Below, one piece after another: positions 24,293 through 32,589 of a stretch of 39,624 nt of DNA. The stretch is from a virus, in IMG/VR virus record IMGVR_UViG_3300040801_002038, positions 1 through 39,624 of that record, one strand, 5' to 3'. Numbering within the stretch: the first letter of the stretch is position 1; each line of letters begins with the position of its first letter. A program made the translations under genes and the position numbers. The notes beneath the pieces are model-generated. The model saw only the letters and a list, made by a program, of their open reading frames with translations. It was not told the DNA's origin and made no database searches.

Positions 24293-26033
24293 CGGTTTCG
24301 GGCTCCTGTTCGTCGTCGTCGGTGTCTGCGGAAGCGCCACCGGGTTCGCTCTCGATTTGGTCCTCTCTCGCGCTCTCTTCCGAGGTACTACCCCCTGGCG
24401 CCTCGGCTGCCTCCAAACCGGTGAGCGATCCCGGTGGCAAGTCGTTTTCGGCCTCGAGTTCGCGCAGCAGCACCAGTTCGCGCGCGCGTGCTCTGGCCAC
24501 GTCCTGCCAATCCTGGCCGTTTGCGCTGGCCTCGTCGGCCAGCGTGGAAAGTCCGCCCTCGACCGCGTCGCGGCTGGCCTGAATCTCCTTCACAGGATCA
24601 ACCCAACCCCACGCCGGCGGCACCCAGCGCGCACGCAGCAGCGCGTCGCGCCGCTCGAGGAACTGCGGCACCTGCGGCAGCATGCCGCGCGCGTAGGCCT
24701 CGGTCAGCACGCGTTCCCAGATCGGCTGCAGCACGATGCGTGCGAGCATGGCTTGATCGACACGGAAGCCGCGGCGCGTCTCGAGCAGCGCCGCGCGCAT
24801 GCTGCTGTAGTTGGTTTTCGAGAAGTCGCGCACCAGCAGTTCGTACGGAAGCCCGACAGCCGACGCGATCGCGCGCAGGATGCGCTCGACAAACGGGTCG
24901 AACGTGGTGCCCGGCCGGTCGGCCTTGAACGTCTGGATTTCCTCGCCGGGGTCCAGGTACTGGATCGACCCGGGCTCGAGCGATTCGAGCACGGTGCCGT
25001 CGCTCTGCTGCGTCATGCCCGGCCCGATGCCCGACGCGTCGAGCATCCCGGCCTGTTTCACGAACATGGAAATGCACGCCGACACGCGCGCGGCCGTCAA
25101 CTCGGCTTCCATGTACTTCGACAGCATCCGGAACGTCGACAGGACAGGGCACAGGATCGGCACGCCACGGTGCTGGTCGGCCTGGTCGCGCCGGAATAGG
25201 TGCAGCACGTTGCGCTGGCCGTTGCGGAACCGGCGCACGCGCTGCCATTCGATGTTGGGATACCGCAGCGGATCGTCGGGGTTGCCGCTGGCGATCCAGT
25301 ACGCCAACGCCTGGTCACGCTTGCCGACCTCGACGCCCTGGCGTAGCCGTTCGGTCAGGTTGTCGGGCAGCTGCTGCGCGGCGTAGCCGTCGGGGGTCGA
25401 CACACGTTCGGGCGGGATCACCTCGACGGCCGTGCTCAGCAGCCGCGGCGCGGTGGTTTCGGGCAGCGACACCAGGTGCACGAACGCTTCGCCGTCGCGC
25501 TTGTACGATCGGTACAGCAGCGACTGCAGGTCGTAAAACGTGCCGTGGCCGGTGCTGTCGCACAGGTCGCTGCCCGCCCACGCGCTGAAAACGCGGTCGC
25601 ACGCGCGGTTCCATGCCGACACCTGCGCCGAGGTCAGGCCGGTTTCGTCGGCCGTGGCACGCGATTGCGGGCGGATGCCGGTGCCGACGACGTTCTCGTC
25701 GAGCGTGCGCAGCAGGCTGGCGGCGTGTGGTTCCTGGCGCACCAGGTCGCGCGACTTCGCACGCAGCTCGACCAGGTCGTCGACGGCGGCGTCGCCGCTG
25801 TAGCGTTGCGGAGACCAGTCGCCGTGCAGCCTGCTGCCGCGGCCCGACGGGTACGCGTAGTGGAACAGGTGGTGCCGCACCCGGGCCAGCTGGCGTTTCG
25901 CTGCCCACTGGGGCGCGAACACCTGCAGCGCCTGGTCGACGCGTTCGCCGAGCCGTTCAGCGCGCGACAGCGACCTGCCGGTCGCCCTCGAGGCTTCCTG
26001 CAACACGCGGGGTGGTCGGGTGCGGGTCTTCAT
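24270..26033 (-). CDS. Portal protein, lambda gpB family (587 aa)
   Basis: FDPFVERILRAIASAVGLPYELLVRDFSKTNYSSMRAALLE and WGWVDPVKEIQASRDAVEGGLSTLADEASANGQDWQDV parallel lambda gpB (LLRYIAAGLGVSYEQLSRNYAQMSYSTARAS; DGLKEVQEAVMLIEAGLSTYEKECAKRGDDYQEI). Confidence 0.85.
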   Translation of the reverse strand: MKTRTRPPRVLQEASRATGRSLSRAERLGERVDQALQVFAPQWAAKRQLARVRHHLFHYAYPSGRGSRLHGDWSPQRYSGDAAVDDLVELRAKSRDLVRQEPHAASLLRTLDENVVGTGIRPQSRATADETGLTSAQVSAWNRACDRVFSAWAGSDLCDSTGHGTFYDLQSLLYRSYKRDGEAFVHLVSLPETTAPRLLSTAVEVIPPERVSTPDGYAAQQLPDNLTERLRQGVEVGKRDQALAYWIASGNPDDPLRYPNIEWQRVRRFRNGQRNVLHLFRRDQADQHRGVPILCPVLSTFRMLSKYMEAELTAARVSACISMFVKQAGMLDASGIGPGMTQQSDGTVLESLEPGSIQYLDPGEEIQTFKADRPGTTFDPFVERILRAIASAVGLPYELLVRDFSKTNYSSMRAALLETRRGFRVDQAMLARIVLQPIWERVLTEAYARGMLPQVPQFLERRDALLRARWVPPAWGWVDPVKEIQASRDAVEGGLSTLADEASANGQDWQDVARARARELVLLRELEAENDLPPGSLTGLEAAEAPGGSTSEESAREDQIESEPGGASADTDDDEQEPETDGDTEDQ

Positions 26034-26036
26034 GGT

Positions 26037-29000
26037 TCAGTCGAACGACGCCTGCGTGCGGCGCCATCCTTGCGACTTGCTGATCACCTGCGCGTAATAC
26101 ATCCGCAGCGCTTGGATGTCGCGCAGGCTGTTGCGTGTGACCGTGCGGCCGTTGACGGAATAGCTCAGCACCTCGAGGCCGGCCAGGATCGCAGCGTCGC
26201 ACGCTGCGACGATCTGCGTGGCGATCTCGAGTTGCGAACTGCCGGTGATTTCGATAGTGGCGCCGCTCGACACCTGGTCGACGGCGGCCGTGCTGACAGT
26301 GCCACCGCCAGCCGACGCTGTCGCGCTCAGACTCTCGGCGGTTTCGCCCGATCCGGTCGACCCGCTCGAGCCGTCGTCGAACGGGTCGAGTTCGTAGTCG
26401 ATCACCCGCGGGTGGTTGTAGTTCGCCAGGCTGCCGTCGAACCCTTCGCCGAGCAGCAGGCCGGCACGGATCGCGCCGCGGCCACTGCGGTGCACGTCGT
26501 CGTCGATGATCGCCACCGAATCCATGTCGACGGCCACGATATTCGGGTCGCTGGCTGCCTTCGCGTCCTGCGTGGCGCGCACCAGGTCGACGGCCGGCCG
26601 GTGGAACACCTGGCGGTCGTGGTCCATCAACCGGCCGATGATCACCGGCAGATCCTCGTCGACGCGGGTCTGAAAATCCTGCCGGATGCGGTCGATCAAC
26701 TTGTCGAGCGCCGCCGGGTACGAATCGTACCACTCTTCGAACGCGTCGCCCTCGCCCTGGTCGTAAACGAACCCGCGCACGTCGGGCACCTTCCCCTGCT
26801 CGCAAAGCCAGCGCCGTGCCCGATCCCAGCTGTACAACAGGTCGGCGTACAGGTCGCCGGCGTCGGGGTCCCACGACGGAATCAGCGGAATGTTCTGAAT
26901 GCTGGCCGCGTGCCGTGCGAGCTTGATCAAGTACACCCCCTCGGGGTGCCGCTCGCGCAGCATCATGATCAACGACACTTCGGGACCGAACAGCGGGGCG
27001 CCTAGGGTGTTTTGGGTCGGGTGTGTGTTTGTGTTCCCTGGCGCGCCGCCGACGGTTGGTTTGAGTTCCTCGAATTGGTGGCTGGTGTGGTTCCAGATGT
27101 AGGTCTGCCGCTCTCGCAGAATCGCGCCGGTCTGCGCGTCGATCCAGTTGCCGTTGTAGTTCGGGTCCCGGTCGAGATACAGCCAGGCTGCCTCGATCCA
27201 GCCCTGCGTCTGCGACTGCCCGATCAGGAAGTAGACCGGCACGCCGAGTGGTGCGTCGTCGGTCGGATCGACGGCCGTGCCGGCCATGATCGACGACCAC
27301 ACGTCGTAGCACCTCGAGCCGACCTGCAGCATGGTTTCGCCGGTCCAGGTCAGGCCGTCGGCCTGCAGGGTCATGCCTTCCTGGTACGGGTCGACCATCC
27401 CGAGGCGGCCGCCGGCCGCGCCGAGTGCCAGCTGCGTCTGTTCGCGGATCAGCCAGGCGCTGGCCACGTAACGGTTCGTTACTGGCGATTTCAGCACCGG
27501 TATGCCGTTCACCGTCACCAGCTGCTGCGACTGGTCTGGTGAGTAGTTGACGGCCACCCACGGAATCTGCGACGGGTCGGCGGCGTTCGTGATCGGGAAC
27601 CCGAACTCGACGCCCAGCGCTGCGCAATGTTCGCGAATCTGTTTTGCCAGGTTCGCGTACGACAACCAAAACCGGTCGATCTTCTGACTCGACTTCGGCA
27701 GATCGGTCGCCGGCAGACCGGGGTCGGTCGCGACGTCCTCGTCGCGGCCAAACGCCGTGAACAGTCCGGCCAGGTGCGTCGTGACTGCAGGCGACGCGCG
27801 ACTGATCGCGCCGAACAGGTTGCGCAGCAACAGCCGCGCGTGCTCGAGCGCGCTGCCGCCGTTGTGCGGCGTGGTGGTGCCGGTCTGCGTCCGGTAGGCG
27901 TCGGACCACCGCCGGCCGCGCGCGATCCAGGCGTCGCCGACGTCGGTAGGCGTGTCGACGATCACCCCGATTCTGAACGTGTCGTCGTCGACCACCTCGA
28001 GCACCTGGTGCGCGCCGGTGATCGGCACGGCCGACGTCAGGTTGCCGAGCAGCAACCAGTCGCCGACGGTCAGGCCGTGGTCGCGGGTGGTTTTGATTTC
28101 GGTGCCATCGGCTACGGCTGTCACGACTGACGGCACCAGGTCGCGCGCCGCAACGGTGCCGAGGTTCCGGCCATAGAACGGTTCCGCCGACGTGTCGGGC
28201 AGCGCCGCCGGGTCGGCCGGGTAAACCGGGATGCTGATTTGCGAATCGCTTTCGACGGTCGCCAGGTGGTAGCCGGTCAGTTCTTCGAACCCCGGCCCCA
28301 TTTCGACGTGCACGTACACCGTGCCAGACCAGCCATGCACGTTCGGGTTCAGCAGGTCGACGAACAGGTCGAGCAGCGTTTTGCTGTTCTCGGCGTCGAA
28401 CGTGATCGAGTCGACGCCGAACACGCGCGACTGTTCCTGCACAGTCATCGGGTCGAGGGTCGACGGGTCGGGCACCTCGATCGGCACCGACACCGAATCG
28501 GCGTCGACCACCGTGGCGGTGTACCAGTCCGACAGCGACTCGAACCCAGCGCCACCGACCGAAACGTACACCCGTTCGGTGCCGGTCCACCCGTGCGCCC
28601 GGTCAAGGTTCAGCTGCACGCTGGTGTTCGCCGTGATCGTGTACGTGGCCACCTTGATCGGCTTGCTGCCGTCGGCCATCGACGCGGCCAGGCGGCCGCC
28701 GGTCAGGTCGCCGCGCAGCTTGCACACGTACGGCGCGGCGCTGTCGTCGGTCGGCGGCGTGTCGTCGTCGAGCGCGTCGACCACGAACGCGGCCTCGACC
28801 CCGTGCTCGTTCGACGGATACATACCGACGGCCGGCGGCACGAACTCGGTGACGCCGTTCGGGTTGCTGGCAAACGGCGCAAACGGGTTCAGGTAGGTGT
28901 CGAACGACTGTTCGCCGATCTGCGCGAACGCCTGCAGCGTCAGGTTGCTGGTGATGCCGGCGACGGTGGTATGAAACCCGGCCGACCCCTGCTCGCGAAT

Positions 29001-29702
29001 GTACAGCCGCGTGGCCGTCACTTCCTCGAGCCAGTAATCGGTTCGCGCGTTGAACGCGCCGGCGCTGGTGCCGGCAACTGTCAGCAGCTGGCCCGGCCGG
29101 AACCCGTCGGCCAGAAAGTCGCCCGATGTGGCTTCGATGTAGTGCCGCCCGATGCCGCTACCCAGTGGCGACGGCGGCGCATCCTCGCGCGTGATCGTGA
29201 TGCCGCGGCCGCCGGATGCCGTCACCAGCGACGACGCGAACGCGTGCCCGGCGTCGTCGAACTCTCCGGGAATGTCCCAGTTGTCGTTGTCGACGCGCGT
29301 GCCGTAGTGCCAGCCGTTCGGGTCGGCGCCCGACGTGACCACGACACCGCGCACCGTCACGACGGTGTCGTAACTCGACGCGCTGCCGGCCGCCGGCGCG
29401 TACACTCGCGACGTGCCGTCGCCGTTGTCGGCGATCGTCGAAATGGCACGCTGTAGACCGACGTGGTTGTAGATCGTCGGCCGCAGGTCGACGCCGAGTG
29501 CATCCGCGTGCCGCTGGTACCAGTCGTACCGGGCCGTGCGCAGCGCGCGCAGCACGTCCTCGTCGCGCCGGTTCCGGGGAAACTTGCCGTTCTGGAAAAG
29601 CTGCGCGTCTCCGGAAACCAGGCTGCCGACAGTGCGAGCAGGCGCTAGGCCGTCGGCGACGCCTTCGCCGAGGAACAGAAACAGCGGCCGTTCGTCTGCC
29701 AT
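26037..29702 (-). CDS. Giant virion-module protein (1,221 aa): beta-repeat modules, SASA/SGNH-type carbohydrate esterase, G/S linker, gpW-like head-tail joining domain
   Basis: ATG 29702. Esterase blocks VYFLIGQSQTQGW, FVYDQGEGDA and DDDVHRSGRGAIRAGLLLGE. C-terminal LEIATQIVAACDAAILAGLEVLSYSVNGRTVTRNSLRDIQALRMYYAQV follows the gpW pattern. Occupies the lambda W position. The track ORF upstream of 29702 overlaps the neighbouring gene and is not used. Confidence 0.7.
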   Translation of the reverse strand: MADERPLFLFLGEGVADGLAPARTVGSLVSGDAQLFQNGKFPRNRRDEDVLRALRTARYDWYQRHADALGVDLRPTIYNHVGLQRAISTIADNGDGTSRVYAPAAGSASSYDTVVTVRGVVVTSGADPNGWHYGTRVDNDNWDIPGEFDDAGHAFASSLVTASGGRGITITREDAPPSPLGSGIGRHYIEATSGDFLADGFRPGQLLTVAGTSAGAFNARTDYWLEEVTATRLYIREQGSAGFHTTVAGITSNLTLQAFAQIGEQSFDTYLNPFAPFASNPNGVTEFVPPAVGMYPSNEHGVEAAFVVDALDDDTPPTDDSAAPYVCKLRGDLTGGRLAASMADGSKPIKVATYTITANTSVQLNLDRAHGWTGTERVYVSVGGAGFESLSDWYTATVVDADSVSVPIEVPDPSTLDPMTVQEQSRVFGVDSITFDAENSKTLLDLFVDLLNPNVHGWSGTVYVHVEMGPGFEELTGYHLATVESDSQISIPVYPADPAALPDTSAEPFYGRNLGTVAARDLVPSVVTAVADGTEIKTTRDHGLTVGDWLLLGNLTSAVPITGAHQVLEVVDDDTFRIGVIVDTPTDVGDAWIARGRRWSDAYRTQTGTTTPHNGGSALEHARLLLRNLFGAISRASPAVTTHLAGLFTAFGRDEDVATDPGLPATDLPKSSQKIDRFWLSYANLAKQIREHCAALGVEFGFPITNAADPSQIPWVAVNYSPDQSQQLVTVNGIPVLKSPVTNRYVASAWLIREQTQLALGAAGGRLGMVDPYQEGMTLQADGLTWTGETMLQVGSRCYDVWSSIMAGTAVDPTDDAPLGVPVYFLIGQSQTQGWIEAAWLYLDRDPNYNGNWIDAQTGAILRERQTYIWNHTSHQFEELKPTVGGAPGNTNTHPTQNTLGAPLFGPEVSLIMMLRERHPEGVYLIKLARHAASIQNIPLIPSWDPDAGDLYADLLYSWDRARRWLCEQGKVPDVRGFVYDQGEGDAFEEWYDSYPAALDKLIDRIRQDFQTRVDEDLPVIIGRLMDHDRQVFHRPAVDLVRATQDAKAASDPNIVAVDMDSVAIIDDDVHRSGRGAIRAGLLLGEGFDGSLANYNHPRVIDYELDPFDDGSSGSTGSGETAESLSATASAGGGTVSTAAVDQVSSGATIEITGSSQLEIATQIVAACDAAILAGLEVLSYSVNGRTVTRNSLRDIQALRMYYAQVISKSQGWRRTQASFD

Positions 29703-29721
29703 CGAGCCGACGGTGCCACCT

Positions 29722-29735
29722 GCACCCGCCGGAGT
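29722..29735. repeat. Partial copy (gcacccgccggagt) of the recurrent GC-rich element; identical 14-mer at 37136-37149
   Basis: Read directly in the 41-nt gap between the Zn-finger gene and the giant gene. Confidence 0.8.
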
Positions 29736-29743
29736 CCAGCGGG

Positions 29744-30004
29744 CTATTTCTGCACAGCAGAAAACCCGGGGAGTTCCCCCAGATCGTCGGGGTCGATCTC
29801 GAGCGACCGGTACAGCCGCAGGCACGCCCGGCAACGGTGGTACCGGGTGCGACCTCGCTGGCCGTAGGTGCGCGGGTGCACGGCGCCGCAGTGCGGGCAG
29901 CGGAACGGCACGAACGGCACCACCGGCGACCGTTCGGCGTCCTGGTCGGCTGGCGGCCGCTGGCGGCGCCTGTGCGGCCTCAGATCGTCCAGAAACCCAC
30001 TCAT
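29744..30004 (-). CDS. Small Cys4 zinc-finger protein (86 aa), Ogr/Delta-like pattern
   Basis: ATGA overlap with the terL stop. FRCPHCGAVHPRTYGQRGRTRYHRCRACLRLY is CxxC-x18-CxxC, with RYHRC echoing the RYHQC of P2 Ogr. Confidence 0.4.
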   Translation of the reverse strand: MSGFLDDLRPHRRRQRPPADQDAERSPVVPFVPFRCPHCGAVHPRTYGQRGRTRYHRCRACLRLYRSLEIDPDDLGELPGFSAVQK

Positions 30005-31902
30005 GGCCTCGAACCCCGCAGGTCGTCGAGGAACCCGCCACCGGAGCGCCTGGTCTGCCGCTTGCGCTCCCTGATGGCCTCGAGCTTGCTGCGTGCCTGC
30101 TCGGCGCGCGCGGCCGTCGACTTGACCCGGTCAACGCCGAGCATGGTGGCGCCGACCAGGTTGTACACCTCGCAATCCCACGCGTGATCGTGCCGGTGGC
30201 CGGCCTTTGTGCGCCAGCGCTGCCGCGCCTTGCGGCCGCCGGCGGCGCGCTCTGCGACCTTTTCCTGCGACTGCAGCTGGCGCAGGTAGGCCGTCGACAC
30301 GCTGGCGTGCACCTGCCAGCCGCCGTCGCCGTCGTCGTTCAGCGCCTTGGCCAGGCGGTCGCGGAACGAATCCACCCGCACGTTCCAGACGATCAAGCTG
30401 CTGCGCAGCGGGGCGCCGCTCAACGGGTGCCGGTCGACCTTCGTGGTATGGAACAGCTGCACCGCGTCGCCGGCCACGCCCTTGATCGCGCGCACCTGCT
30501 CGAGGCGCTCGCGGGCGAACTCGTACACCTCGTCGGTGCGGTATCGGCTGTCGATGCAGGCCAGGTCGATGCGGTGGCCTTCGTGCCACTCGGTGTCGAG
30601 GAACCCCTCGAGCACGTCCCAGGATCGCGCCAGGCCGTAACGCAGCAGCCAGCTGTCGCCGTCGGCGCCCCATGCCCGAATGGCATACGGCAGTTCGGTT
30701 TTCTGCACGTCGACCCCCATGGTGATCGCCACCGGTTCGGCCGCGTCTGGCAGCGTGTCGCGCTCGTAGCCGCGCACGCGGCGGCCGACGCCCTCCGGGG
30801 TCGGTTCGGCGACAACCTCGCGCCACGGCTCTCCCAGCCAGCTGTTCGTGAAGTTCTGGCGGCCGGCGTCGGTGTCGCGAGACAGCAGCCAGGTGGCGAC
30901 GATCTCGGCCCACGTCAGCCATGGGGAATACCCCGACCACAGGTGGTACGAACGGTGGTCGGTCAGCACGTCGTCGGGCACCACCACCACCGGCACGCCT
31001 AGGTCGGTCACCTCGAGGCGGCCGGCCTCGGGCACCCACACGCCAGCCGCCAGCATCCGGCGTTTGTGCACGTCGTCGATGCGTTCGCCGCAGTGCGGGC
31101 ATTCGTACCAGGCTGCTGCGTTCGCTTTCAGCCGGCGGGGGTCGCCTTCCTGCTCGAGGTCCCAACGCACCTGCCCCCACTCGAGCACCTGGTATTCGTC
31201 GCAGTGCGGGCACGGCACCCAGTAGCGGCGCCGGTCGCCGGCCTCGAACTCCACCGAAATCAGCCCCTCGGGCACCGTCGGCGTCGATACCAGGCCGATC
31301 TTCCGCGACGGGAACGTGCGGGTGCGTTCCTTCGCCAGGTCCCACGGGCTGGCTTCTTTGCCGGTGTAGCGTGGCCACTTGTCGCACTCGTCGCCCACCA
31401 GCAACCCGCCGGCGACCGACGCCAGCGCCGCGGCCGAGTTCGAGGCGCGGCCGTACAGCACGCACCGGCGGAACGCCAGCTCGGCGACCTTCCAGTCGCC
31501 CGACCAGCCGGTGATTTCCTCCGACAGCCGGGGCGACTCCTCGAACATCGGTTTGAGGCGCCGCGAAACCTGCTGGTCGACGTCGGCGTCGCGTGGCAGC
31601 ACCAGCACGATCGGCACCGGGTTTTCGGACACCGTCCAGCCGATCACGTTGTGAAACGCTTCGGTGCCGCCGACCTGCGTCGACTTGCGCAGCGTCACCT
31701 GTTCGACCGTGCGGTCGCGAAACGCGTCCTGAATCTCTCGCAGGTACGGGGTGCGGTCGGTGCGCCACGGGCCCGGTTCGGCCGACACCAGGCGCGACAG
31801 CACGCGGTTTTCGTCGGCCCACTCCGACACCGACTGTTGCCGAGGCGGTCGCCAGGCGTCGCACTCGGCGGGCAGCCACAGCGTGTCGGCGGTGTCAGTC
31901 AC
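30001..31902 (-). CDS. terL: Terminase large subunit, lambda GpA family (633 aa)
   Basis: GTG 31902 (GTGA overlap with terS). Walker-A-like RKSTQVGGTE, DECDKWP, and zinc-ribbon-like YWVPCPHCDEYQVLEW ... YECPHCGERI typical of GpA terminases. Confidence 0.9.
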   Translation of the reverse strand: MTDTADTLWLPAECDAWRPPRQQSVSEWADENRVLSRLVSAEPGPWRTDRTPYLREIQDAFRDRTVEQVTLRKSTQVGGTEAFHNVIGWTVSENPVPIVLVLPRDADVDQQVSRRLKPMFEESPRLSEEITGWSGDWKVAELAFRRCVLYGRASNSAAALASVAGGLLVGDECDKWPRYTGKEASPWDLAKERTRTFPSRKIGLVSTPTVPEGLISVEFEAGDRRRYWVPCPHCDEYQVLEWGQVRWDLEQEGDPRRLKANAAAWYECPHCGERIDDVHKRRMLAAGVWVPEAGRLEVTDLGVPVVVVPDDVLTDHRSYHLWSGYSPWLTWAEIVATWLLSRDTDAGRQNFTNSWLGEPWREVVAEPTPEGVGRRVRGYERDTLPDAAEPVAITMGVDVQKTELPYAIRAWGADGDSWLLRYGLARSWDVLEGFLDTEWHEGHRIDLACIDSRYRTDEVYEFARERLEQVRAIKGVAGDAVQLFHTTKVDRHPLSGAPLRSSLIVWNVRVDSFRDRLAKALNDDGDGGWQVHASVSTAYLRQLQSQEKVAERAAGGRKARQRWRTKAGHRHDHAWDCEVYNLVGATMLGVDRVKSTAARAEQARSKLEAIRERKRQTRRSGGGFLDDLRGSRP

Positions 31903-32420
31903 GCGCGCCGGCCCTTCCCACGCTTGCGCGCCTTGCCGTCGAGCACGGTATCGCCGCGGCTGTAGCGCTCGAGCAGCGCCAGCACCTCGGCCTCGAGGTC
32001 GGCCTCGATCGTGGCTGCGTCCTGGTGCGCCAGGCGCCGCGCCAGCTGCCGCGGCAGCAGCAGCAACCCGGCACGCACCTCGGCGACGCGCATCACGAAC
32101 AACCGCTCGACCTCGTCGCGCCGGATCAACTCACCCTGCCGGGCTTTCAGCTCGACCACCGCCTGCAGGGTGCGCACCCGGCGGTACTCGTCCGACCAGT
32201 TCCGCCGGCTGTCGTCGTCGTCGGGTTCGTCGGGCGCCCGGCGATCCATCCGCGGGGTCAGCGATTCGGTGCCGACGGGCTTGGTGCGGTGCTGTTTCCG
32301 GAAGTCGTCGAGGGTCGCCGGGTCGCGGTCCCAACCTTCGCGCGCGTACTTGGCCAGCGTCGACTTGCTCAGCCCGACCTGGTCTGCCAGTTCCTGCAGC
32401 GTGGGCCGTTTACCTGCCAT
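31899..32420 (-). CDS. terS: Terminase small subunit candidate (HTH, 173 aa)
   Basis: ATG 32420. N-terminal HTH PTLQELADQVGLSKSTLAKYAREG. Overlaps the terL start. Basic C-terminal tail. Confidence 0.6.
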   Translation of the reverse strand: MAGKRPTLQELADQVGLSKSTLAKYAREGWDRDPATLDDFRKQHRTKPVGTESLTPRMDRRAPDEPDDDDSRRNWSDEYRRVRTLQAVVELKARQGELIRRDEVERLFVMRVAEVRAGLLLLPRQLARRLAHQDAATIEADLEAEVLALLERYSRGDTVLDGKARKRGKGRRA

Positions 32421-32431
32421 CGCGTGCGGTT

Positions 32432-32475
32432 CGCACCGGCGGGTGCGAAGTTTGGGACCCGCACCCGCCGGTGCG
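32432..32475. repeat. Inverted pair of the 16-bp element CGCACCGGCGGGTGCG / CGCACCCGCCGGTGCG (12-nt spacer) just upstream of terS
   Basis: 32432-32447 and 32460-32475 are exact reverse complements. The same two 16-mers occur at 37190-37205 and 37231-37246. Confidence 0.9.
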
Positions 32476-32495
32476 ATCGTGGGTTTTCGGGCATA

Positions 32496-32507
32496 AATCC
32501 CGGGATT
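32496..32507. repeat. Perfect 12-bp palindrome AATCCCGGGATT in the least GC-rich part of the terS-upstream gap
   Basis: Read directly: gcataAATCCCGGGATTgtcc. Confidence 0.9.
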
Positions 32508-32570
32508 GTCCAAAATGCTCGCGCGTCCCACGAACCAGGTTCGCCAGGAAGGACCCGCCGAGGCGCCAGA

Positions 32571-32589
32571 CCCGGGCATTTCGCCCGGG
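32571..32589. other. Hairpin cccgggc-atttc-gcccggg downstream of the 89-aa membrane protein gene
   Basis: 7-bp perfect stem. Nested in a second inverted repeat, catttc...gaaatg. Weak U tract on the minus strand. Confidence 0.5.

Noticed and set aside
29703-30134. Upstream 144-codon extension of the giant ORF (track start 30134).
   Set aside because: The extension is Arg/Pro/Ala-rich and overlaps the terL 3' end and the whole Zn-finger gene in another frame. Protein-like sequence begins at ATG 29702 (MADERPLFLF...).
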